A stretch of DNA of 28,914 nt, taken from IMG/VR virus record IMGVR_UViG_3300011209_000023. The stretch is one strand, 5' to 3'. This DNA comes from an uncultured virus (IMG/VR IMGVR_UViG_3300011209_000023). Taxonomy: Duplodnaviria > Heunggongvirae > Uroviricota > Caudoviricetes. The notes below the pieces were generated by a model. The model saw only the letters and a list, made by a program, of their open reading frames with translations, was not told the origin of the DNA and ran no database searches. Positions within the stretch are counted from its first letter, which is position 1. Each line of letters begins with the position of its first letter. Positions 1 to 8,970 of this stretch are shown in pieces. Position numbers and translations under genes: made by a program.

Positions 1-1329
1 GTCGCCAAATACTGACGCAGGCAGGAATGATGACGTAATGGAACCGCCACGCCAGGGGCTGGAGATCTCCACGATACGTATCACGCTGCCATCATCCTGA
101 GCAATGAGCCCCGAACCATTCAACCCGCCGTTAATCGCTGCGAGCAAGCCAGACATTGTGCCGTAGTTGGCGACCAGAGATATGGTATAGGTGATACCCT
201 GCCAGGTCAGAGCAAAGGTCTGGCTGGTTGTCGTAAAGTCATACGTTGACGGCGAGGCACTGGCGCGTAATACCGCAGTCGCTCCCCCTGTTCCCGGAAC
301 GGCGTCCTGGTGAGGGGTATACGTGGCGATCTGCAGGTCATAGTCAGTACCGTTAAACGTTAGGGTGACAGGCATTCCGCTGAATGGCGCAATCTCTGAC
401 ACGACGTCGCCTGTCAGCACGTTAAAACCGCCCTCGATGGATACCTGATAATTCACTGGCGCTTTCAGGGTGACAATTGCACCGGCGATCCAGCCTGGAG
501 GAAGTTTATTCTCATCCTCGTCTTCATCATTATCATCATCGACATCGAGGCCAGAAAACGATACAGAGGCACCGCTGACGGTCATGGCATCAGCAACGAT
601 ATCACTGGCTTCAGGGGCAGTCTGAGCCATATCGAGGCCGCTGCCGCTCGACGTTCCCCCAACTTCCGTTGAGTTGAACCATATCTCGCTGCGACGATCC
701 CCCGCCACATTATCGCCGGGCCCATAGCTGGTATATGAAAAGCCATCGCCTAAGGTCAACGCCGGAGTTTCTCCTACCCGAAAATCTCCACCGGTATAGG
801 AGAAACGCCCATATCCAAGGCAGACAAACATTTCTACCGTCATTCTGGTGGGATCAGCGGGGTCGAATCGCGTTACCGGCTGCACCAGGTAATCCGGGTA
901 AATCCGGTTTCGCCCAAAAGCCTCCCTAACGGGATCACCGAGTTTTGCGGTGTTTGCCCGCGCCGGGTTCAGATCCAGCGATGAAGCGTTACTGGATGAA
1001 AAACCGCCCAGCTCTGGTTTTGGGGCAAAGAATAATGCATAGGCCGTAGACGCAATGGATACGGCTACCGAAACCCACGCGGCAATTTCAAGACCCGTGC
1101 CATAAGGAATGGGATATATCCGCACGTCACTGTCTGGCCGCAACAAACATAACGGCCATTCCGCCGGGGGGACTGCCTGGCCGTTCAGCTCGATCACGAC
1201 AGGATGAGTTTTGTCCTGTGAATAGCTCGGGACATTTCTGCTCATCCACTCATGCAGCGTCAGCACACCATGCTCGTGCGTTTCAAGGGGTTCACCCGGT
1301 AGCCGGGACGGGTAAAACTTTATCGTCAT
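1..1329 (-). CDS. Tail tip / host-specificity protein (gpI/gpJ-like), 5' part, runs off the window
   Basis: Not in the ORF track; translated by hand. ATG at 1329 overlaps the stop of the NlpC gene (ATGA). Reads MTIKFYPSRLPGEPLETHEHG...NTAKLGDPVREAFGRNRIYPDYLVQP... and stays open to base 1. Position follows the gpK-like gene. Confidence 0.85.
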   Translation of the reverse strand, partial: MTIKFYPSRLPGEPLETHEHGVLTLHEWMSRNVPSYSQDKTHPVVIELNGQAVPPAEWPLCLLRPDSDVRIYPIPYGTGLEIAAWVSVAVSIASTAYALFFAPKPELGGFSSSNASSLDLNPARANTAKLGDPVREAFGRNRIYPDYLVQPVTRFDPADPTRMTVEMFVCLGYGRFSYTGGDFRVGETPALTLGDGFSYTSYGPGDNVAGDRRSEIWFNSTEVGGTSSGSGLDMAQTAPEASDIVADAMTVSGASVSFSGLDVDDDNDEDEDENKLPPGWIAGAIVTLKAPVNYQVSIEGGFNVLTGDVVSEIAPFSGMPVTLTFNGTDYDLQIATYTPHQDAVPGTGGATAVLRASASPSTYDFTTTSQTFALTWQGITYTISLVANYGTMSGLLAAINGGLNGSGLIAQDDGSVIRIVEISSPWRGGSITSSFLPASVFGD

Positions 1330-1706
1330 TGCCAGAACTCCACGCGGTTAAAGCGGCGGATAAATCGCGCCAGTGGCAGAAACGTAACCCCAGAGCCTGG
1401 ATTACATTCCGCGACCTGCAGCTGGTTATCGAGCATCACAACGATCCCGACATGGGAAACTGTTGAGCCCGAATAGCAAGCCACTCCGGCACCTTCACAG
1501 GGTTCACAAGATTTCAGCGAAAGCATCAGCTTTCTCGCTTCCCGGTCGAGGCCCCCGCCGTCTTTGGTCACACCTGCAAAATCCGGCCATTCAGGTAGCC
1601 CAAGGTCGCGACGTATCTCATTTACAATGCCGAAGCAGTCGAGCTGCGGAAATACGCGCCCGCCCTTCAGCCAGGTGACTGAACGGTATTTATCAGGAGT
1701 AAACAT
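1326..1706 (-). CDS. NlpC/P60-type tail tip assembly protein (gpK-like)
   Basis: GGRVFPQLDCFG catalytic Cys motif and HVGIV His motif; tail-tip synteny. Confidence 0.85.
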   Translation of the reverse strand: MFTPDKYRSVTWLKGGRVFPQLDCFGIVNEIRRDLGLPEWPDFAGVTKDGGGLDREARKLMLSLKSCEPCEGAGVACYSGSTVSHVGIVVMLDNQLQVAECNPGSGVTFLPLARFIRRFNRVEFWQ

Positions 1707-1718
1707 ATTTGCCTCAGG

Positions 1719-2205
1719 TTAGTAACGTAAGCCCGGATGCTCGGCGAGGTTGTAACGTTTACGGGGCCAGGCTGTTTTGAGGACATTCATATAGCCTGCC
1801 GTGACCTGAACTGCTGTCGGGGTCCAGGAGCCGGATTTGATATCGAGCGTATACGGTGATGATGCCGGAGCAGACAGATCGGATGAAATGTACCGCCGGA
1901 ATGTCAGCGTAGCTNNNNNNNNNNGATTTCATTTCATCCAGAATTTTATCGATCGCCTCTGAAACCCGTCCGTCAATATTGCTGATAGCAAACTTTAAAT
2001 CCTGTGTCCCGTCGGCGTTCCTGGCTGGTAAGGCGATATCTATCGCGCTGGCCTCAAACGTCACCGGCTGACCATTTTCCAGCGTCACTGAAACGTCATC
2101 CCAGCCACTGGTTAGCCAGTAGTTATCATCTCCTGCCGATATCTGCAGCGTATCGTGAATAACCTCCGATCCGCTGCTGGCATATAGCCGCTCAAGAATT
2201 GTCAT
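1719..2205 (-). CDS. Minor tail protein (DUF1833-like, gpL position); apparent frameshift is caused by the 10-N gap
   Basis: Removing the Ns at 1915-1924 gives ATG AAA TCA GCT ACG CTG (MKSATL) and a 158-aa ORF ending ...AWPRKRYNLAEHPGLRY with TAA at 1719-1721. Confidence 0.8.
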
Positions 2206-2665
2206 GCTTCGGCCACTCTCTATTTAGCGCAATATCCAGTAACGACTGGCCAGCCAGCCATTCCGGGTAATTCCCCCAGCCAGAAGGCGGTAACGGGCGT
2301 TCCCATAATTCCAGCGTTGCGCTGTACTGCCAGTATTTTGGCGCGACCAGCGTCGGCCCTTCGTAAATATCCACGAACCTGGCTTTATAGGGCTTTACCC
2401 CGATGGGAGTCTGGAGTTTCAGATAGAACCAGGACTGGCCATCTTTAAGCGCATCCCTGAAAAACGCCTCAAACACCTGCGCCAGAGCATCAGTTTTAAA
2501 AATCCATTTAACTGATGCCTGGGTGGGTGTTGAGGTATATCGCCTTCGTTGTTGAGCGCGACCGGACGTCATCTCCGTTCGCAGTAAAGGTGATATGGGC
2601 TTAAACCCGTACCCGTCCATAAGCGGCATGGGCAGGTATTCGTCCGGGTAGAAAATATCTGCCAT
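2192..2665 (-). CDS. Minor tail protein, probable distal tail (gpM-position) protein
   Basis: 157 aa directly after the tape measure gene; LLRTEMTSGRAQQRRRY motif typical of this family; GGAGGG RBS. Confidence 0.75.
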   Translation of the reverse strand: MADIFYPDEYLPMPLMDGYGFKPISPLLRTEMTSGRAQQRRRYTSTPTQASVKWIFKTDALAQVFEAFFRDALKDGQSWFYLKLQTPIGVKPYKARFVDIYEGPTLVAPKYWQYSATLELWERPLPPSGWGNYPEWLAGQSLLDIALNREWPKHDNS

Positions 2666-2685
2666 GAATATTCCCTCCGGGCAGG

Positions 2686-5600
2686 TTATCGTGGTTTTTT
2701 GGGCTGAAGGTTGGAGTAAAGAGCTCTACCGAAGGCATTTTGAGGATTGTTTACGTCGCTCGTCAGTTCAGATTTTATCTGTTTAGCCAGGCGGCGGCCG
2801 TGGACATCCAATGTCTGCATCATCACATCATCCGGTTTACCAATGAGGTGGTAATTGACGTTGATGTCACCAGTTGAAAGAAGTTGTCTTTCCTGCTGCT
2901 GCCTCGCAGCGTTCTGTACCGCCGGCGATTCCCGCCCAACAGCTTTGACCCCCAGCGAACCATCAGCACCACGGGTAAGCGGCATGATGGCTTCCGGCCC
3001 GGCCTCGCCGAATACACCCGCACCTTTCGCAAACGCAAAATATTGGGGAGTGCTGTAAACACCATTGCTGTAGGCAGAAAGTGACGGAGAATCGTAAACG
3101 CCTCCGAGAGCGTTAAATGAAAAATTAGCTCCCGCGCTTTGAATAGCGGTACCACTACTTGCCGCACCGCTGGCACCGCCAAAAAGACTACCGAACAACC
3201 CACCCGCTCCGCCGCCAAATGACGCCATAATCGCTTTAGTGATCAACGCCTGTGTTGCCATCTGGATCAGCGTCTTAATCACCGTTTCGCCCAGGGAAGA
3301 AAAAATATTCGACATCCCATCTTTAAACGAAGCAGCGCCTGTCAGGACGTTTGTCAGGTTGTTGGAGATAGAGTTAGTGGTGGCATCCAGAATCTCGCTG
3401 GTTGCAGTGGCAGCCATTGAACTCAGATCAGAAGCCTGATCGGCATAGTTCATCAGGGAATCGCTGATCCCCGCGCGCCAGTCTGACTGCTGTTCATCGG
3501 TTTTTTTGTAATACTCCTCCTGAATATCCAGGCGTTCGGCAAGCGCTGTTTTAAGCGCTTCCGTTTGCTTTTTATACAGGTCTTCGGAAATCTGCCCACG
3601 ACTGAAATCACGCTGTAAGTCACGCTGCTGCCTGAGAAAATCAGCACGAATATCCGCCATTTCCTTCATTCGGTCACGGGCTTTATCCCCCTGTCCCGCG
3701 CCGAGGAAATCGATATTCCCCCTTTCCCGGGCGGCAGCATTACTGTCGGCCAGACCTTCGCGGAATGTTTTTAACTGTTCAGCGATATTTTTCTGATCGA
3801 TAAGCGCAGCATTATGCAGAATAGTTTCTTTTTTAGCTCGATCGAGTGAGGCTAACTCCCCCTGAACTATCTGATATTTTATTTTTGCCAGTTCATTGCT
3901 TTGTCCGGCGAGTGCAATCTGTTCTTCTTGTTGTTTAACAATACGGGTATATGCATCTTCATTTTTTTCTACCTCTGACTTTCCGCGAGGTTTTTTTTGC
4001 GATTCGTTAAGTTTAAAGTCTGTAGCAGCATTACCTTGAATAGCTGCGATCTGCTCATCCTGCCCAGGTAAAATATTACCTTTATTATCAGTTCTAACCG
4101 CTCCCTGTTTGATGGCATCTTGAAGAGCTTTAAGCTTGGCCCGCTCTACACCTTCTTTCTGAGAGAGGGCTATGCTCTCCTTCTGTTGCTTTATAAAATT
4201 ATCGTAAGCTGTATTGGTTTGGGGTGCTGGGGGCTGGCCGTTCCCAGAACGCTTTTTTAATTCGTCCATGAATTGAATGGTAACTGACAGCGATGTTGCC
4301 ATTGCTTCATTAACATTCAGCGCACCAATTATCGAACTTTTTATTTTGTCAAAAGCGACTGCCGATGCCTGAACTTTTGAGGCTAACTCAGTTTGTAACT
4401 TATTTTGCGCATCTACAGCATTGTTTAATTGAGATGTAGTATCAGCAATATCTCGGGATATTTTATTATATTCCCGCTGATATTTAGCAGCGTTCTGTAC
4501 GTAACCATTATTTTGATCATTCTGAACACCCATCTGTCGAGCGAGAGACGTATATTTCTGAACTTCAGCAGCGGCCTCGGCTTGAGCATCCCTCAAGTCT
4601 TCCAGCTTATCTTTGAGCGCGTCAATGGAGTCACCAGAATCAGCAATAGAGCCTCTGATTTGAATTTCGCTCATGGCTTTCGCCTTTTCCACCACCTCAT
4701 CAAGGGTGGAGGCATACTGTATCGCAGACTGACGCGCCTGTTCCTGGTTCTGATACCATGTATACCAGGCACCTGCACCCAGCATCAAAATCCCAGGAAT
4801 GCCACCAAAGAGGGATGATACGCCAGCCCATGCGGTTCTCGTTACAGAGGTGAGCGCATTAAGCCGCTGATTTGCTATTGACAGCTCATTGACCGTGGCG
4901 GTTTCCGCTTTATTCGCTTTGACCATCTCCATTGAGTTTCTTGCAAGCAGTGTCCTGATGGATGCGCGTTGTTTTTCCGTCTGCGCCAGTTCAAGTTGAG
5001 CCACTAGTGAGCGCTGATTAGACAGAAGTAACGATTTTTCCGTTTCAATCTGAACAAGTGAGGCGTTTGCTCCTTCGATTTTAGCCGCAGTGCTGAAAAT
5101 TTCCGCCCCTCTGGCCCTAATTAGCTCTTCGGTGTGTGATTTCAGTTGAAGCGTCCAGTTTCCCAGAAACCGGGTCACGCCCACAGCCGTTAACGCTCCT
5201 GCAGCCATTGCTACGGTATCAATGTTCTCAGCCAATGAATCAAGACCACCAGCAAGCACAGCGGAGGCACCGTATGCATCATTTGTACCGCCCACCCAGG
5301 CCATAAAGGCGTTTTCAACCTTTTGAGTCGAGGCTGATACTGTTTTTGGCATTGCATCAAATTCAGCCTGCATCACCCGTAACTGAGCGGTAATAGCCGG
5401 AACCACTTTATCTATTGTCAACAGTCCGTTATCAGCCATCGCCTTGAGGTCTTTGCGGGCAACGCCCATACCTGCCGCTAAGGCACGGATGATCCGATCA
5501 CCGTTTTCGTTAACAGAGTTGAACTCCTCCCCGCGCAATACCCCCTGCGCCAGCGCCTGGCTGAATTGTGTGATAACTGAACTGGCCTCTGACGTGCTGG

Positions 5601-6096
5601 CCCCGGATAATTTAAGGCCCGTGCTGATAGCCTCGGTGACTTTCAGTACATCGCCAGAGGAATAGCCAAACTCACGCATGGATGCTGCCGAACGAGAAAA
5701 TAAACCTGCGTTATCACTGAACGCTGTCCCTGTTTTCTGGCTGATATCCATAAGTAATCGTTGGGAATTGGAGAAATCATCGGTTGATGTTGACGCCTGT
5801 TTTAGACGTGCATTCACAGAACTCCACTCATCAGCAAGAGCGATAAGGTGCCCGGTCGCAAAAACTCCGGCAAACGCACCAGCCATACCCATAGCTGCAC
5901 TTTTAGTTTCTGATAATTGTGCAGATACTTCGGCTAGCGCCTGTCTTGTCTCGCGTGCGGAAACAGCCGCCTGCCGCCCACCCCGTTGCATTGTCTTATA
6001 ATAATCGGCCCCCATGCGAGATGCGCGAGCGATCTCGGTCTGAAAGGACTGAGAATTAGCTGAAACTTTTATAATTAATTCGCGAAGGGTTGCCAT
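2686..6096 (-). CDS. Tail tape measure protein
   Basis: 1136 aa, Ala-rich and helical; QFSQALAQGVLRGEEFNSVNE tape-measure motif; C-terminal GVFGEAGPEAIMPL motif. Confidence 0.95.
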   Translation of the reverse strand: MATLRELIIKVSANSQSFQTEIARASRMGADYYKTMQRGGRQAAVSARETRQALAEVSAQLSETKSAAMGMAGAFAGVFATGHLIALADEWSSVNARLKQASTSTDDFSNSQRLLMDISQKTGTAFSDNAGLFSRSAASMREFGYSSGDVLKVTEAISTGLKLSGASTSEASSVITQFSQALAQGVLRGEEFNSVNENGDRIIRALAAGMGVARKDLKAMADNGLLTIDKVVPAITAQLRVMQAEFDAMPKTVSASTQKVENAFMAWVGGTNDAYGASAVLAGGLDSLAENIDTVAMAAGALTAVGVTRFLGNWTLQLKSHTEELIRARGAEIFSTAAKIEGANASLVQIETEKSLLLSNQRSLVAQLELAQTEKQRASIRTLLARNSMEMVKANKAETATVNELSIANQRLNALTSVTRTAWAGVSSLFGGIPGILMLGAGAWYTWYQNQEQARQSAIQYASTLDEVVEKAKAMSEIQIRGSIADSGDSIDALKDKLEDLRDAQAEAAAEVQKYTSLARQMGVQNDQNNGYVQNAAKYQREYNKISRDIADTTSQLNNAVDAQNKLQTELASKVQASAVAFDKIKSSIIGALNVNEAMATSLSVTIQFMDELKKRSGNGQPPAPQTNTAYDNFIKQQKESIALSQKEGVERAKLKALQDAIKQGAVRTDNKGNILPGQDEQIAAIQGNAATDFKLNESQKKPRGKSEVEKNEDAYTRIVKQQEEQIALAGQSNELAKIKYQIVQGELASLDRAKKETILHNAALIDQKNIAEQLKTFREGLADSNAAARERGNIDFLGAGQGDKARDRMKEMADIRADFLRQQRDLQRDFSRGQISEDLYKKQTEALKTALAERLDIQEEYYKKTDEQQSDWRAGISDSLMNYADQASDLSSMAATATSEILDATTNSISNNLTNVLTGAASFKDGMSNIFSSLGETVIKTLIQMATQALITKAIMASFGGGAGGLFGSLFGGASGAASSGTAIQSAGANFSFNALGGVYDSPSLSAYSNGVYSTPQYFAFAKGAGVFGEAGPEAIMPLTRGADGSLGVKAVGRESPAVQNAARQQQERQLLSTGDINVNYHLIGKPDDVMMQTLDVHGRRLAKQIKSELTSDVNNPQNAFGRALYSNLQPKKPR

Positions 6097-6108
6097 TGCT
6101 ATTCCTCT

Positions 6109-6136
6109 AAAAAAAAAGCCCCGCTTACGCGAGGCT
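6109..6136 (-). terminator. Rho-independent terminator closing the lipoprotein moron
   Basis: Minus strand AGCCTCGC-GTAA-GCGGGGCT followed by a T run. Confidence 0.8.
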
Positions 6137-6163
6137 CTTAATCTAATTTGTTAGTTTAATCAA

Positions 6164-6547
6164 TCATTCATCCTGACCGCATACCTTATAATACAAATCC
6201 AAATCAGACCCAATGAGGGCCTTGTATATCTTCTTATCATCAATGGTATAGTTTACGCCTTTAGAGAAAAAACCTTTCGATTTCATTGTTAATGCCAGCT
6301 GAAACTTTGAATAACCAGCATAGGCTCCGAAACTATTTTTTGAATTTATTTCACCACAAACAAATCCGGCAACCAGTCCATCTTTTTCACCTGCTTTTAC
6401 AAACCTTAGATAGCGAAACTTTGCACTATCTGGATCTTTCATGTCAGCAGCAACTTCCTTTTTGGCAATATCTATTGCTTTTTCGTCGCTGGGTTTACAT
6501 CCTGCCAGAAATAAAATGGATAATGCCAAAACTATTAATTTTTTCAC
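6164..6547 (-). CDS. Moron lipoprotein, possible superinfection exclusion factor
   Basis: Signal peptide with LAGC lipobox, AT-rich; upstream TGGTAGGAT extended -10-like element and own terminator; function inferred from position. Confidence 0.8.
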   Translation of the reverse strand: MKKLIVLALSILFLAGCKPSDEKAIDIAKKEVAADMKDPDSAKFRYLRFVKAGEKDGLVAGFVCGEINSKNSFGAYAGYSKFQLALTMKSKGFFSKGVNYTIDDKKIYKALIGSDLDLYYKVCGQDE

Positions 6548-6621
6548 ACAGCGCCCCTATTGGTAAGGATATGGGTAAATCCTACCATTGGTTATGTAAA
6601 ACTTCAGCTATCATTGTTTGT

Positions 6622-6680
6622 TCAAGCTGATGCTGCGAGCAAAGCGGCTTCTAAGCCTTAAAAAGGATCACTGTTGTTAG
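6622..6680 (-). pseudogene. Degenerate duplicate of the 3' end of the gpT-like tail chaperone gene
   Basis: Translates NNSDPF*GLEAALLAASA* versus DSGDPFAGLEAALLAASE* in the intact gene; identical 20-mer at 6635-6654 and 7480-7499. Confidence 0.85.
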
Positions 6681-6743
6681 TCCCCGTGTATCGATGAAAG
6701 CCCACCTGAGTGAGCTATCTCAAAAACCACGGATTTGAGGGTG

Positions 6744-7274
6744 TCACGCCTCAAATCCAGGCAGATACATTTGAACCTCATCAACCACACGGGTGCGAGC
6801 TGCCAAGAGTAGGCGTTTCCGTCCTCCCGCCCCCCATTTGCCCATACGGCTTGCACACTGGCTCACTTCCTTGGTTTCGGTGTTTATCACATGGTCAATT
6901 TTATTTAAGCGGGCCATAGCATCAAAGCCCTGTCGAACAAGAGACTGAAAGGTTTGGTAAACCCGGATCTCAAACTCAGCACTGAGCCATGCGGCATAGC
7001 GTATTGCAACAATTTCCAGGGCCCATACACCTTGGTTTACGCCGCCGTTAATAACCTTAACTGGTTGATTTTCTTCCAGAGTGCATTTTTGCATTCTGGC
7101 TAATGTTTGAACGAAATCTTTAACCTTTTTGGAGCGGAGGAACTGACTTGGTCCCTGATTTTCTTTGGCCTGACCACTGCCTACAGCGGAGGCGTGCAGG
7201 TCATTCAGACTGTAACGTCCATAGTCATCAACACGAACTGAAACGCCGTTTACTGATACGGTTGGATATTTCAT
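6744..7274 (-). CDS. KilA-N domain DNA-binding protein (antirepressor-like)
   Basis: GRYSLNDLH...PSQFLRS...GGVNQGVWALEIVAIRYAAWLSAEFEIRV is KilA-N-like; ATG at 7274 preceded by AGAAAGGT RBS (176 aa). Confidence 0.88.
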   Translation of the reverse strand: MKYPTVSVNGVSVRVDDYGRYSLNDLHASAVGSGQAKENQGPSQFLRSKKVKDFVQTLARMQKCTLEENQPVKVINGGVNQGVWALEIVAIRYAAWLSAEFEIRVYQTFQSLVRQGFDAMARLNKIDHVINTETKEVSQCASRMGKWGAGGRKRLLLAARTRVVDEVQMYLPGFEA

Positions 7275-7426
7275 CGTATTTACCTTTCTGTGGTGCGAGC
7301 CTGTTCGCGTAGACATGGGCAGCCAAGAGCGGAACGATGATAACCACCGCCCTGTCTCAGACTCACACTACGGAAAGCTCTTGCTGGAAGATGCGCACGC
7401 GAATGCGCTTTAAATTGCAGATATAG

Positions 7427-7451
7427 AAAAGCCCCACGGTGAAGCGAGGCT
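7427..7451 (-). terminator. Probable Rho-independent terminator after the gpT-like gene
   Basis: Minus strand AGCCTCGC-TTCACC-GTGGGGCT-TTTC. Confidence 0.6.
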
Positions 7452-7466
7452 GGAGATAATTCGATT

Positions 7467-7772
7467 TTATTCCGAAGCGGCGAGCAAAGCGGCTTCTAAC
7501 CCGGCAAATGGATCGCCGCTGTCGCTTGCCTCATCTTCTTCTGTACTCCACTGAAGCTGAGCCTCTTCAATGGTGACTTTACCGCCCTGCGCCCCGTAAA
7601 CCGCTGATACCAGCTGAGCATTGAGAATATCGCCACGGATATCACCGATCGGGCTGATACGATCGTATTCAGCCCACATCCTGAATTCGCCGACCGTCAT
7701 GGTTTGTCGCAGTTCGCCCAGCGTGCGGCCCATCCGGAGCGCCAGCGCCATCAGGAACTGCATGCCAGGCAT
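7467..7772 (-). CDS. Tail assembly chaperone gpT-like (probably the -1 frameshift extension of gpG)
   Basis: FLMALALRMGRTLGELRQTM...EFRMW motif; lies in the -1 frame relative to the upstream gene. Confidence 0.85.
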   Translation of the reverse strand: MPGMQFLMALALRMGRTLGELRQTMTVGEFRMWAEYDRISPIGDIRGDILNAQLVSAVYGAQGGKVTIEEAQLQWSTEEDEASDSGDPFAGLEAALLAASE

Positions 7773-7774
7773 TT

Positions 7775-8179
7775 TTACTTTGCTTTAGCATCATCCGCGT
7801 CACGAATGAGATCAAGTGCCTGCTTCAACAGCCGGGAATGCACAGGGCCATAGATCGCTTCAACCTGTTCGGTGTCATCGACAGTAAAGACGGGCTGCAG
7901 GTCGGTATCCAGCAAAATATCGATGAAAAGCGTGACGTCGGCCCGCATCGTGCGGAAGGCTCGTTCTGAAGGGGTCAGTTCTGGTGCCTCCTGGGGCTCC
8001 TGCCCTTCCGGTAGTTTGGGTGGTTCCGGGCTGGCAATGCCCTGCCAGCGAATCCAGGCTTCTGCTGATGGCTCACGAATGATGACTTTGGCGTTATCCC
8101 ACTCCGGAACGGAGACTTCTTTTTTACGAAAGCCCGCCATCGGTGCCAGTGCCAGTGCTTTAAGACTCGGTTTTGACAT
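7775..8179 (-). CDS. Tail assembly chaperone gpG-like
   Basis: Between the tail tube and gpT-like genes; VSVPEWDNAKVIIREPS motif. Confidence 0.88.
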   Translation of the reverse strand: MSKPSLKALALAPMAGFRKKEVSVPEWDNAKVIIREPSAEAWIRWQGIASPEPPKLPEGQEPQEAPELTPSERAFRTMRADVTLFIDILLDTDLQPVFTVDDTEQVEAIYGPVHSRLLKQALDLIRDADDAKAK

Positions 8180-8209
8180 TAATTTTATCGCCGGTCTCCC
8201 GGCGCTCCG

Positions 8210-8914
8210 TTAATTGATGGTGACGGTGCAATCAGAAGAAGTGATCACAGTGCCATCGGCATCAGTAACCACGCAGGAATAAACCCCGGCATCACCGGAT
8301 ACAGCGCTGGCTTTCGTAAACGTTGCGCTGGTCTGGCCGCTGACCGTCGATGTGCCCTTTTTCCAGGCGTAGGTATAAGGTGCCGTACCGCCCTGGACGA
8401 CCACGCCCATGGTCAGGGCGCTTCCTGCCGCGACCGTTTGGGACGCCGGAAGGTCAGTAGCAAACGACAGAACTCCTGGGGCGTTAATATTGGTGGGTTT
8501 ACCTTTCAGACGCAGCGAGAACGTTGCAGCAACTACACCATTGGTTTGAGAATCCCAGGTGTGCTGACGTACCTCAGCGCGCATCAGGAATCCATTACCA
8601 GACGGGAAAATAACCTTAAACCCATAAACCCCGTCGTTATCATATGCTTCACGAAGTGCATCCTGCGCCGGGTTGCGGTAGAAGTTACCGGAAAGTGACA
8701 TTTCAGACGGAGCAGGAAGGCCGTTGATATTTTCCGTTTCATCCGAACAGAGCGTTGTCACGTCAATATCGTTTTTCTGACCAGCGGTAAAGCTTGCCTG
8801 TTTGATAGTGCAACTCAGGTTTAACCAGGTTGCGGTATCCAGCTCTGCCGAGGTGACCGGCACAGAGGTAATCATTACTACCGTTTTTTGGACACGTTCA
8901 AATAGTGCTGACAT
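8210..8914 (-). CDS. Major tail (tube) protein with C-terminal Ig-like domain
   Basis: AGQKNDIDVTTLCS motif; C-terminal YAWKK...DAGVYSCVVTD Ig-like signature; start placed at 8914 after GGAGG. Confidence 0.92.
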   Translation of the reverse strand: MSALFERVQKTVVMITSVPVTSAELDTATWLNLSCTIKQASFTAGQKNDIDVTTLCSDETENINGLPAPSEMSLSGNFYRNPAQDALREAYDNDGVYGFKVIFPSGNGFLMRAEVRQHTWDSQTNGVVAATFSLRLKGKPTNINAPGVLSFATDLPASQTVAAGSALTMGVVVQGGTAPYTYAWKKGTSTVSGQTSATFTKASAVSGDAGVYSCVVTDADGTVITSSDCTVTIN

Positions 8915-8970
8915 CGCAGCCTCCATAAATGAAAAAACCGCCAGCGGCGGTCGGATTGGATTGGTTTTTG

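Noticed and set aside
505..548. Low-complexity TCA/TCG-rich tract as a DNA repeat element
   Set aside because: It simply encodes an acidic loop (DVDDDNDEDEDEN) in the tail tip protein
1759..2205. ORF-track protein with an aberrant C-terminus suggesting a pseudogene
   Set aside because: The frameshift comes from the 10-N placeholder; removing it restores the gene to 1719
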